From positions 1 through 33,181 of the forward strand of contig JBEKDF010000030.1 of NCBI GenBank assembly GCA_050014495.1: 33,181 nucleotides of DNA, written 5' to 3'. Made by a program: the position numbers and the translations under genes. The notes below the pieces were generated by a model. That model worked only from the letters and a program-made list of their open reading frames with translations, was not told the origin of the DNA and did not search any database. The stretch comes from Candidatus Bathyarchaeia archaeon. GTDB lineage: Archaea; Thermoproteota; Bathyarchaeia; TCS64. This document shows positions 9,340 to 17,870 of this stretch, piece after piece (within the stretch, counting starts at the first letter, position 1; each line of letters opens with the position of its first letter).

Positions 9340-9390
9340 AATTACGATCCCCTTGCGCGCGTGCATGGTTAAATGCACGTGCTCGTAATT
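9340..9390. other. Bulged inverted repeat built on two RY tracts
   Basis: AATTACGA-[TCCCCTTGC]-GCGCGTGCAT-GGTTAA-ATGCACGTGC-TCGTAATT. Confidence 0.7.
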
Positions 9391-9489
9391 GGCGTTATCT
9401 ACGATACAATTATTGAGAGGTTCTTTTTATGTTCTTCAACAGCACATGAGTCGTTCATCTTATCCCACCAACCCGCGACTTTTTACTAC

Positions 9490-10674
9490 ATGGCCGAGGA
9501 CATTTTCAGGCGACTCGATGACTCCTACGCCGTTAGACTCACCGAGGAGATGATAGGCATCCCCAGCGTCACAGGGGATGAGGAGGGGCTCACACTATAC
9601 GTGAAGGAGAAGCTCGAATCCTATGGATTCAAGATTGAGCTACAGTACGTGGAGGAAAAGAGGCCCAACTTATACGGGACCCTTGAGGGGGCTAGGCAGG
9701 GGAAGCAGCTAAACTACAATGCCCACAGCGATACTGTTCCCGCTGGCGAGGGCTGGGCAACCGACCCGTTCAGAGCAGTTGTCAAGGATGGCAGGATCTA
9801 CGGACGCGGTGCCTGCGACATGAAGAGCGGCATAGCATGCACACTCAATGCCTTCCGAGCAATCGCCGACGGTGATCACGGTTTCGAGGGTGAGCTGAGC
9901 TTCAGCCTCGTCGTCGACCAGGAGGCCACCGATGTCGGGGCGTGGGCGATGATGAGGGAAGAGAGGTGGCGGAGCCTCGACGCCATCGTCCTCACCTACA
10001 GCTACTGCGGAGACGAGACGAAGCCTATACCCCTCGGTCTCACCGGGAAGATACTCTACGACATAAAGGTGAGGGGAAAGGCAGCTCATGGCTTCAGGCC
10101 CCACCTCGGAGTCAACGCCGTCGAGGATGCAGCCAAGATCGTCGCAAATCTCGACAGGCTCCAGCTCCAGCCCCACCCCGAATTCGGGAGGGGCACGTAC
10201 TGTACCCTCAAGTTCGAGGGTGGATACCAAGTCTACTCAGTCGTCATCCCAGCATCGGCACGCTTCGAGGTCAACCGCCTCCTCGTCCCAGGAGAAACCA
10301 TACAGTATGCCCTCGACGACATGAGGCGACTCGTCGACTCCCTCCATCTCAAGTCGGAGGTCGAGATCGGAGTCAAGCCACCGAGGTACGAGCCCTACAC
10401 CTGCTCGAAGGATGAGCCGATAATGAAGACGCTCGACAGTGTCTACCGAGACGTGATGGGGAGGGCACCCCTCTACGAATACGCATACGGGATAACGAAT
10501 GCGAACATATTCCAAGGTGAGCAGGGAATTCCCTGCGTCCACTTAGGTCCGCAACGCGGCGAAGCGCATGGCGCAAATGAGTACGTCAAACTCGAATGGC
10601 TCCACCCCGTAAGCAAGATGTACGCATTGATGGCCGCACGATACCTAGAGCCTGGGAACACGTGCGCGCATTAA
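9490..10674 (+). CDS. M20A ArgE/DapE-family deacylase/peptidase (atypical active site)
   Basis: Motifs IPSVTGDE, NAHSDTVP, GRGACDMKSG, GKAAHG..P..GVNA and AHGANEYV. The probable start is ATG 9490; the 9373 start lies inside an RY hairpin. Confidence 0.88.
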   Translation: MAEDIFRRLDDSYAVRLTEEMIGIPSVTGDEEGLTLYVKEKLESYGFKIELQYVEEKRPNLYGTLEGARQGKQLNYNAHSDTVPAGEGWATDPFRAVVKDGRIYGRGACDMKSGIACTLNAFRAIADGDHGFEGELSFSLVVDQEATDVGAWAMMREERWRSLDAIVLTYSYCGDETKPIPLGLTGKILYDIKVRGKAAHGFRPHLGVNAVEDAAKIVANLDRLQLQPHPEFGRGTYCTLKFEGGYQVYSVVIPASARFEVNRLLVPGETIQYALDDMRRLVDSLHLKSEVEIGVKPPRYEPYTCSKDEPIMKTLDSVYRDVMGRAPLYEYAYGITNANIFQGEQGIPCVHLGPQRGEAHGANEYVKLEWLHPVSKMYALMAARYLEPGNTCAH

Positions 10675-10690
10675 AAAAAAGGCGGGGGTT
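10672..10690 (-). terminator. T-tract terminator of the gene fragment at 10693-10791
   Basis: The minus strand reads CCCCCGCCTTTTTTTT just after the fragment's TAG stop. Confidence 0.5.
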
Positions 10691-10692
10691 TC

Positions 10693-10791
10693 CTAAAGTT
10701 TTTTGAACTCAATGCGATCCATAAGTGGAGTAATCTTGTAACTCATTACTGGTGAGTATTCCTTTTCCCATTTAGCGAGCTTGTTGGGGTC
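10693..10791 (-). pseudogene. 3' gene fragment (DPNKLAKWEKEYSPVMSYKITPLMDRIEFKKL*), possibly a DUF3303-like small protein tail
   Basis: Open frame from the RY tract at 10795 to a TAG followed by a T-tract, with no start codon at the tract end. The family assignment is a guess. Confidence 0.5.
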
Positions 10792-10826
10792 GCAATGCGC
10801 GCGCACGTGAGAAATAGATTAGCTCA

Positions 10827-11414
10827 TTACCCTTTTCTCGATTTTTGATTTACAAGTTTTTTCCCTAAACCATAGGCTTTTTGCAGTGCTTTCCCGTTTG
10901 TTTGAATATCCCCCGCCTTATCTGCGCTACCGTAAACCGACCCCACGAGATTGGCTTTAACATAAGCAAAAGTATCCTGGAAAGAACGCAACGCATTGAC
11001 CCCTCCTGAAACGAACACATCCTCGTCTTCAAAAGTCAGAATCACGCCAACGTCCTTTCCGGTAAAAGCGTAGATGCCGTCGCTATACATCGCATATGTT
11101 CGATCGATGAATAATTTCATCTGCGCGGAAATGCTGAACCAATATATCGGAGTCGCAAATATTATCCCCTGTGCCTCTCTGATTTTTTGATACAAAGGCT
11201 GCATATCATCTCTAATTACACACCCAGCCTCAGGCTTGGTTCTGCATGAATCACACGCGCTACAGGGAGCGATCTTGAGGTTACCTATTGCCACCACATC
11301 AGCTTCGCCGCCTTCGGCTTTGACTCCTTCAGCGGCTTTCAGCGCTAGAATCGTGCTGTTACCATTTTTGCGCGGGCTCGCTGCTATGATCAAGACTCGC
11401 TTAATTGGGTTCAT
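10827..11414 (-). CDS. Iron-sulfur flavoprotein / NADPH-dependent FMN reductase (flavodoxin family)
   Basis: Motifs SPRKNGNS, CSACDSC-x7-C (the Isf Cx2Cx2Cx4-7C pattern) and ATPIYWFSISAQMKLFIDR. Confidence 0.88.
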   Translation of the reverse strand: MNPIKRVLIIAASPRKNGNSTILALKAAEGVKAEGGEADVVAIGNLKIAPCSACDSCRTKPEAGCVIRDDMQPLYQKIREAQGIIFATPIYWFSISAQMKLFIDRTYAMYSDGIYAFTGKDVGVILTFEDEDVFVSGGVNALRSFQDTFAYVKANLVGSVYGSADKAGDIQTNGKALQKAYGLGKKLVNQKSRKG

Positions 11415-11612
11415 GGTCAGATCTTGAATCTGTAAAGTATTTCAATCTTATTTTAATAACAAAATATTTACACGATCCTGACGGCGTACGTATCCGCACG
11501 CGATAAATTATCAAACGTCGTGGAGCGTGTGCGGCCTAGCAGTTATTCATTTCCGATTAAACTAGTCAAAATAATATAAATAACAGAATATCACCATAGG
11601 GGCATCCCAGAG

Positions 11613-11854
11613 TTGGAAGTTAGAAACAACTCAAAACAATAAGCTTAGAGTCGTTCAGCCTCGACCACACGAAGATCAAGGCCCCCTACATCAGATTATC
11701 AAAGAGAGTGGAAGTCCCCGGAAGTGGCTACGAGATCTCAACATTCGACTTCAGAGTTCGTATCCCGAACACGGAGCTTCTCACCCCGAAAATCACGCAC
11801 TCGCTGGAGCACCTCTTCGCCATCGCCCTAAGGGCGGAGTGCGCGCGCATGCAT
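11613..11854 (+). pseudogene. luxS: 5' fragment of S-ribosylhomocysteine lyase
   Basis: The frame from 11645 reads LESFSLDHTKIKAPYIRLSKRVEV...FDFRVRIPN..L....THSLEHLFA, matching the LuxS ESF.LDH..APY.R and HxxEH motifs. The TTG at 11613 is out of frame by one base. Similarity ends at GTGCGCGCGCATGCAT (11839-11854). Confidence 0.88.
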
Positions 11855-12006
11855 CATGAAGATCGTCCAATAGTTTTTATCCGGAGCCAAGAAATGTGCT
11901 GAATAGTTATTTAACTGACTTGTGCGCTTGTCTCGCGCGCCCGCGTAACGCTATTCTAACAGCGGTTCTAATAACTTACTGACTCACATTATCATGAATA
12001 GATGGA

Positions 12007-12654
12007 ATGAGGAAACCCCCAATAGCTGCGGTGATTGTGGCGCACCCTGATGATGAAACAATCTGGGCCGGCGGAACAGTGCTCATGAACTCTGACTGGA
12101 ATTGGATAATCGTATCGCTTTGTCGTGGTAAAGATCCAGACCGGGCACCCAGGTTCACCAAAGCTGTTCAACAACTTGGCGGAATAGGCTGGATCGGCGA
12201 TCTGGATGATGGATCAGAGCAATTGCCCCTTGATGACGCAAGAGTACAGCAGATGATACTTTCATTATTGTCTAACAGAGACTTCGACCTTGTCCTCACT
12301 CACAGTCCCTATGGGGAATATACTCGGCATCGTCGCCACGAAGAATGCAGTAAAGCAGTATCCAAGCTTTGGGAGGACGGACTCATTAGGACGAATAAGC
12401 TGTGCATGTTCGCTTACGGGGACAGCGGGAAGGGAGGTAAGGATGATCTCCCGCAAGCCATCAAGACCGCCCATAAAATAGATCAGTTACCTGAGGATGT
12501 GTTGATGAGAAAACGCCGCATCATAACCGACATATATGGCTTCGCCCCTGAAACGTATGAAGCCAAAATCGTGATGAGAGAAGAAGCATTCTGGTGCTTC
12601 AATTCCCCAGCTCATTTCCAAGAATGGTTGAAAACTAAGGGAGGATGGCCATGA
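12007..12654 (+). CDS. PIG-L/LmbE family N-acetylglucosaminyl deacetylase
   Basis: Metal motifs VAHPDDE and THSPYGEYTRHRRH. Confidence 0.85.
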   Translation: MRKPPIAAVIVAHPDDETIWAGGTVLMNSDWNWIIVSLCRGKDPDRAPRFTKAVQQLGGIGWIGDLDDGSEQLPLDDARVQQMILSLLSNRDFDLVLTHSPYGEYTRHRRHEECSKAVSKLWEDGLIRTNKLCMFAYGDSGKGGKDDLPQAIKTAHKIDQLPEDVLMRKRRIITDIYGFAPETYEAKIVMREEAFWCFNSPAHFQEWLKTKGGWP

Positions 12655-13793
12655 AAGTACTTGTTCAATACGAGTACCCGCCCTCCCCAGGTGGACTGGC
12701 GACCCAAGGCGACTTACTCTACCGAGGCCTGAAAGAAATAGGGGTTGACGCCTACGCGGTTCACTTCTCGTCCGCACAGGAAAAGGAGTGGTACTACAAT
12801 TGGTTTGCACCGGATATAGTTGTCGGGGCAGGCTATTGGGGACTGACCCCCGATCTAGTGCTCCACCCTCAGCGGTTTAACGTCCTACCAGTGCCCTGGT
12901 TAGTAGCTGATGGATACATAGCGAATTATCAGGATACCCTCGACGCGCTTCCACTCGTATTGGTTACATCACAATGGGTGAAAGACATATACATACGCGA
13001 CGGTCTACGCGGCAATAACATCGAGGTTCTACCAGTAGGGGTTGACACTGAATCCTTCGCGCCACATGACAAGAGTGAACAAAAAGTAGCTTACATCCGC
13101 GACACACTCGGTGTAAAACCTGAAGACCTTATGATCCTCACAGTAGGTGGAGACGCAGCATCGAAGGGGGCGCAGGAGATGATGCAAGCTTTAGCGCTCA
13201 TTGATGGGAAAGCGCCCAGCTGGAAATATGTGTGCAAGGTCTGGCCTCAGCAAAGGACCTTTCAGCAGAACCTCATGGATCTTCAACTCGCAACCTCCTT
13301 GGGCATCGATAAGAAGGTTATCTACACTACCAGCATTGTTTCACGGAATTTCATGCCCTACCTCATGAATGCGTGTGACATCTACGCGGCTCCTTCACGG
13401 CTAGAGGGGTTTGGCATGCCACAAGTTGAGGCTGGGGCCTGCGGCAAGCCAGTGATAAGCATCAACGCTATGGCTATGCTTGAAACCCTGGTCCATGGTG
13501 AAACGGCGTTTTTGGCCGGCGTAGCCACGGAAATCATGATTAAAGAGACAACCGTCGGCGAAGAGTCGGGTTGGGAGTCAAAGCACAGGGTAGTCTTTCC
13601 CTATCCGCGTACAGTTGACTACCGGGCCAGCATCCACGATATTGCGCAATACCTGATGGACCTCATGCAAGATGAGAAACTGCGCAGAAGAATGGGGGAG
13701 GCGGGTAGGAGAAGGGTAGTTGAGAAATATGACTATCGTGTAGTAGCAAAAAGGTTTGTGCAGTTAATAACAGAAAAACTGGGGATCTCGTAA
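12651..13793 (+). CDS. Glycosyltransferase family 4 (GT-B)
   Basis: Motifs YPPSPGG, GVDTESF, PSRLEGFGMPQVEAGACGKPVI and RMGEAGRRRVVEKYDY. ATGA overlap with the upstream stop. Confidence 0.9.
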   Translation: MKVLVQYEYPPSPGGLATQGDLLYRGLKEIGVDAYAVHFSSAQEKEWYYNWFAPDIVVGAGYWGLTPDLVLHPQRFNVLPVPWLVADGYIANYQDTLDALPLVLVTSQWVKDIYIRDGLRGNNIEVLPVGVDTESFAPHDKSEQKVAYIRDTLGVKPEDLMILTVGGDAASKGAQEMMQALALIDGKAPSWKYVCKVWPQQRTFQQNLMDLQLATSLGIDKKVIYTTSIVSRNFMPYLMNACDIYAAPSRLEGFGMPQVEAGACGKPVISINAMAMLETLVHGETAFLAGVATEIMIKETTVGEESGWESKHRVVFPYPRTVDYRASIHDIAQYLMDLMQDEKLRRRMGEAGRRRVVEKYDYRVVAKRFVQLITEKLGIS

Positions 13794-13794
13794 A

Positions 13795-14988
13795 TTGAAT
13801 GCAGAACAATGGGCTCAAGTTGAGGAGACAAAAAAAACAGCCCTTGAAGTGCTACTACATAATGATCGCGGGCCATACCACTCACTTCCAAGGACAGCCG
13901 GATGGGGGTACCCGGAGCCTTATACTCGAGACCTCTTAATCGGGGGGCTTGGCGTCCTAGCCTGCGGGAACCAAAAACTTGTGAATAGTCTTCGACGAGT
14001 GCTTCAGACATTAGCCGAAAACCAAAGCCCTTTGGGGCACATCCCGGGACTCGTCCATGACCCCGAGAATCTTGGTCAAAGTGATTCGACACCACTTTTC
14101 CTTCTCATCGTCGGCATATATAGAAAGGTAACCGGAGAGACAGACTTTCTAAAAGAAGCTGTACAGAAAGCGATGACGTGGATGGAATACCAAAGTCCAT
14201 CGAATAAAGTAATGGTAGCTCAACTACCCACCAGTGATTGGCGGGACGAGTATTGGGTACTGGGATACGGACTCTACGTCAACACGCTAGTCTACAGCTA
14301 TCTTATCCAACATGATCAAAACCAGAAAGCCTCCAGCATCTACATGGAGATAAAAAATTTTGCCATCCATGGAAAAGTCCAACATAAACACATTCACGAA
14401 GGTCTGACTCTTCACAAAAAACCCTATTACGCTGTCTGGGTGTACAAAGTCCTCAGCGACGAACATTTTGACCTGTTAGGCAACAGTTTGGCTATCCTAT
14501 CCGGCCTCGCCTCACAGTCGAAGTCAAAACGAATAGTTTCATGGGTTGAGCGCGAATGCCAAGCAATGCGTAAACGAGGCCAATTGGCGCTTGACCTCCC
14601 CCCCAACTTCTTCCCATACCTGTATCCAGGGGATCCAGATTGGCATCCACGATATGATATGTTCAATCAACCAGGAGAATACCACAACGGCGGAGTCTGG
14701 CCATTCGTCTGCAGCTTCTACATAGCAGCGATTGTGGCAGCGGGTAAATTCAGTTTGGCGGAAAAAAAGTTAATCGCCTTGACTCAGCTGGTTCGTCCAT
14801 CACGTGAAGCTAATGTCGCCTTTGGCTTCAACGAATGGTTCCGAGCCCAAGACGGAAAACCACGAGGACAAGACTGGCAAAGTTGGTCAGCGGCAATGTA
14901 TCTCTATGCGGCGATCTCGGTCGAGCAAAGAAGAACCCCATTTTTCGACGAAATTCGCGCGAAACGCGAGTCCTCTGAGATAAGGTAG
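13795..14988 (+). CDS. (alpha/alpha)6 glycoside hydrolase, amylo-alpha-1,6-glucosidase/GH100-like
   Basis: Motifs YTRD, DSTPLF, SDWRD, YHNGGVWPF, FNEW and QSWSAAMYL. TTG start 1 nt after the GT4 stop. Confidence 0.75.
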   Translation: MNAEQWAQVEETKKTALEVLLHNDRGPYHSLPRTAGWGYPEPYTRDLLIGGLGVLACGNQKLVNSLRRVLQTLAENQSPLGHIPGLVHDPENLGQSDSTPLFLLIVGIYRKVTGETDFLKEAVQKAMTWMEYQSPSNKVMVAQLPTSDWRDEYWVLGYGLYVNTLVYSYLIQHDQNQKASSIYMEIKNFAIHGKVQHKHIHEGLTLHKKPYYAVWVYKVLSDEHFDLLGNSLAILSGLASQSKSKRIVSWVERECQAMRKRGQLALDLPPNFFPYLYPGDPDWHPRYDMFNQPGEYHNGGVWPFVCSFYIAAIVAAGKFSLAEKKLIALTQLVRPSREANVAFGFNEWFRAQDGKPRGQDWQSWSAAMYLYAAISVEQRRTPFFDEIRAKRESSEIR

Positions 14989-15214
14989 CCGGGTTAACTA
15001 TCACGCACATCCGAGATGAATTGAGTGCACAGGGTCCTAAAGTTGATCACACGAGTCTTCATGTCAATTACTCACCTCTAATGGAGTGGGCTTGTGGTTC
15101 AACGTACACGAGATGAGGAACCTCTTATAGAGAAATGTAAAAAATATTTTAAAATTGCCACATTTACCACTTTCAGGTACTTCTAATCCCTTCCACGACT
15201 AAAGTCATGTTTTC

Positions 15215-16258
15215 TTAGGGAATTCTAATGATGTTATTTTCCTTGAGAAGGAGGTAGGCTAAATAGTAGGAAATAGTGGATTCTGCCCCTTTATTTTGGT
15301 TTAAGCCTTTAGAGGTAATTCCATCATAGCATCTGAAGCTATCCTTGTCAAATACCGGAGCCCGTTTTATGTTATTAGAATAATACCAATCAAATGCCTC
15401 GAGGGCCAAATCCCTATATTTGGCATTATTAGTGCATTTCATCGCTGAGACAGCTGCTTCAACCATGCATGAGGCTTCGATGGGCTGCTGGTCAAACTGA
15501 GCCTTCTTCCCTCCTCTATAGTACCAGCCCTTTGTTCCCACTGGCTGGAACATACCTTCTGAGAACTGTTCTTGGATCAGGAAATTCAGCGACTCTTCAG
15601 CCACCTCCAGATACGACTTGTTCTCGGTGGCACCGTAAGCCATGAATAATGCTTGGCACAATCTGGCATTGCAATATGTAAGGTAAGGTTCAAACCAGCG
15701 CCAATTTGGGCTCTTCTCCATTTTGTAGCGACTGACCAGGCTCCCAGCCAAGGCCTCAATATCTCCCAGAATATTTGTATCATCTGGAAAGCTCGAATAA
15801 TAATCAGCGAGCCCAATCAATGTGAAAGCCTTCCCTCTCAACGCATTGAAGCTCCGTGACCTGGGTAGCCCTTTATCGAACATCTCTCTAGCTATTTGTT
15901 TCATCTCACTAGTGGCGTTTGAGACTAGGGTGTAACCTGTGGCCCAAATTGTGCGACCGTTAGAGTCCTCTGAACCCATTTTATCCCTATACTTCCTATC
16001 GAAACCGAGCACATTATGGAAAATGCCCCTATTATTTTGCATGAAGAGCAAGAAGGTCAAGTATATGTGGGCTAAATTTAGGGCCTCAGGATCATTGTAG
16101 ATTTTATGGAACCTCAACGCCGCTATTAGCGCCCTAGCATTATCATCAGTCGTGTATCCTTCTCTCTTATCAATAGTCGAGAATTTGGTGTGTTGGAGTA
16201 TTCCCGTTTCGTCAGTCAGCGCCTTTAAGCCATCTAGTTTTAACTCAGGGTATTGCAT
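15215..16258 (-). CDS. Glycosyltransferase-associated helical-barrel protein (often found fused to GT4 as its C-terminal domain)
   Basis: Motifs LTDETGILQH, GYTTDDNARAL, SEDSNGR, WRWFEPYLTYCNARL, FDQQPIEA and CYDG..GLNQNKGAESTISY. The start is probably ATG 16258 because the upstream DNA is a GT relic. Confidence 0.75.
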   Translation of the reverse strand: MQYPELKLDGLKALTDETGILQHTKFSTIDKREGYTTDDNARALIAALRFHKIYNDPEALNLAHIYLTFLLFMQNNRGIFHNVLGFDRKYRDKMGSEDSNGRTIWATGYTLVSNATSEMKQIAREMFDKGLPRSRSFNALRGKAFTLIGLADYYSSFPDDTNILGDIEALAGSLVSRYKMEKSPNWRWFEPYLTYCNARLCQALFMAYGATENKSYLEVAEESLNFLIQEQFSEGMFQPVGTKGWYYRGGKKAQFDQQPIEASCMVEAAVSAMKCTNNAKYRDLALEAFDWYYSNNIKRAPVFDKDSFRCYDGITSKGLNQNKGAESTISYYLAYLLLKENNIIRIP

Positions 16259-16265
16259 CAATAGC

Positions 16266-16348
16266 TCACATTCCGATTCCTTCGTAGGAGAGGTACACAT
16301 ACCTCATATCGATGCAGGGTCTTTAAATTTGCACTCCATGGTAGCGCC
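16266..16348 (-). pseudogene. Relic of the 3' end of a second GT4 gene (paralog of 17871-19475)
   Basis: Encodes GATMECKFKDPASI and, after an internal deletion and frameshift, MRYVYLSYEGIGM*. The intact gene has GAALRCEFKDPHSI and MRYINEFYKDLGM*. Confidence 0.8.
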
Positions 16349-16760
16349 TTTCGAATCCTGACCTCACCCTCTTCGCCACGTTCTGAAGCACCTGGCTGAA
16401 CACGCAATTCAGCTCCGGATTCAACGCCTTCATCGATGGAAGAAGATACGTCAACGCCCCATGAGTCGGGGTCCCACGCACCCCTTCGCTCGTTCAAGCT
16501 GTGCTCCAGGAGGACGATGTACGCCCACCTGCAGAGACGTAGCTGCTCCCCAAGTACCACTGCCTGTTCGGTTGATGGTTTGAGGCGGTACCTGTAGGAG
16601 AGTCTGATTATATCTCTGGATCTGAACCGGTTTGATGGGTATGATTTAACTGAATCCCGTAATTCGGTGGGGGAGTTGGGTGAATGTGGATCCGCCTGTC
16701 GTGGAACGGATTCTTTGTTGATTCAATTCATCCCATAACTAAAGTATTGGGCTTTCTTAA
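16349..16760 (-). mobile_element. tnpB: Decayed IS200/IS605-family (IS1341-type) element: end hairpin plus frameshifted, truncated tnpB 5' part
   Basis: Minus-strand translation IRLSYRYRLKPSTEQAVVLGEQLRLCRWAY... / frameshift / ...LLPSMKALNPELNCVFSQVLQNVAKRVRSGFE resembles the TnpB N-terminus. The typical subterminal hairpin GAAAGCCCAATACTTTAGTTATGGGATGAA lies at 16756-16727. Confidence 0.85.
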
Positions 16761-16765
16761 TCTCC

Positions 16766-17650
16766 TCATCGTAAGATTTCATTTATGGAAAATTTTGATA
16801 CACTTATCACTGAATCCGCAGCTCCATAAGAAATCAAAACCTCATTCCCACGAAGAATAGCCCCACAACTGAACACAACGTTAGGAATAAAGCCATTACA
16901 CTCATAGTCCTCATAGGGCTCAAAAAATGGTGCTTCAGATCTGTATAATATCTTCTCAGGGTTACCCTTCTCAAGCAGCAAAGCACCCAGTCTATAAACC
17001 CTATTCTGATCCACGCCATGATAGATCTGCAGCCATCCCTCATCGATCTCAATTGGCGGCCCAGCTATTCCAACCCTTAAGCAGTCCCAGCTGTTTTTCC
17101 TCGGAGTCGTAACTATTCTCGAATCATTCCAGTTCCGCAAATCATCTGAGTAAGCAATGCATAGATTAGGATCAATCCTATGAAAAAGGACGTACTTCCC
17201 CCTCACCTTAACGGGGAATAATGCGCTGTCTTTGTCCGTGATACCGGGGAATGGGTGGGTCCTTTCATCCCAACACCAATTTTTTTCCAGGAGGTCCTTC
17301 GATTTTATTGAAGTAATCCCAATCTGTGGTGTTTCTGCGTAGGCTGTATAGGTCATGTAGCATCGATCACCCATCACAGTCACTCTTGGGTCCTCTACCC
17401 CCCGTACCTCTGAAGGATTTATCGGCTCAAAAACAGGGTGATCAACCCTTTCATCGATGTGTTGACCATCAGGAGACGACGCGTAACCCAATCGGGAGAC
17501 CATCTCATCCCCCATGGCTCTATATATGAAGTGAACCCTACCTCCGAGCTCGAACATTGCGGGATTAAAGACGAGTTTAGACTCCCAAATATGTTCAGGG
17601 ATTGGTTTCAGTATGGGATTACCTTCGAATCGCTCCATCCCCACCTTCAT
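16766..17650 (-). CDS. GH130-family glycosidase/mannoside phosphorylase (DUF377)
   Basis: Motifs NPILKP, VFNPA, GVEDPRV, DKDSALFP, GPPIEIDEGWLQIYHGV, PNVVFSCG and YGAAD. Confidence 0.88.
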   Translation of the reverse strand: MKVGMERFEGNPILKPIPEHIWESKLVFNPAMFELGGRVHFIYRAMGDEMVSRLGYASSPDGQHIDERVDHPVFEPINPSEVRGVEDPRVTVMGDRCYMTYTAYAETPQIGITSIKSKDLLEKNWCWDERTHPFPGITDKDSALFPVKVRGKYVLFHRIDPNLCIAYSDDLRNWNDSRIVTTPRKNSWDCLRVGIAGPPIEIDEGWLQIYHGVDQNRVYRLGALLLEKGNPEKILYRSEAPFFEPYEDYECNGFIPNVVFSCGAILRGNEVLISYGAADSVISVSKFSINEILR

Positions 17651-17728
17651 CTTAATTTATATTAATAATGATTTGGAATTTTACATTCTAACCAATGTTC
17701 ATTCTTCTAGAGTGCTTATTTCAGAACG

Positions 17729-17866
17729 CTATGTTCTCATCAAAATCGATAGAGATATTTCAGGTATAAGATACGAGATCAATGACTCAGCATATTTTTT
17801 AAATTTACCCCTGCAGGGTCACCCCATCATTAACAAGTGTAGCGCGCGATCTAAATCGGTCAGCAT
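17729..17866 (-). pseudogene. Internally deleted relic of a paralog of the 15215-16258 gene
   Basis: ATG CTG ACC GAT TTA GAT begins 4 nt after the GT4 stop. It is followed by the GCGCGCG tract (17842-17848), then a frameshifted YTC(Y)DGVTLQG(V)NLK.YAESLISYLI...*, which matches FRCYDGITSKGLNQNKGAESTISYYL in the intact gene. Confidence 0.75.
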
Positions 17867-17870
17867 CGTG

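Noticed and set aside
9373..9489. N-terminal extension of the M20 ORF (similarly 16300, 21471, 25940, 31341, 31852 starts)
   Set aside because: The upstream starts fall in RY tracts, promoters, relics or overlapping genes; downstream starts fit the family N-termini better.
16258..16560. 100-aa ORF as a real gene
   Set aside because: It is the tnpB N-terminus running out of frame into the GT relic.
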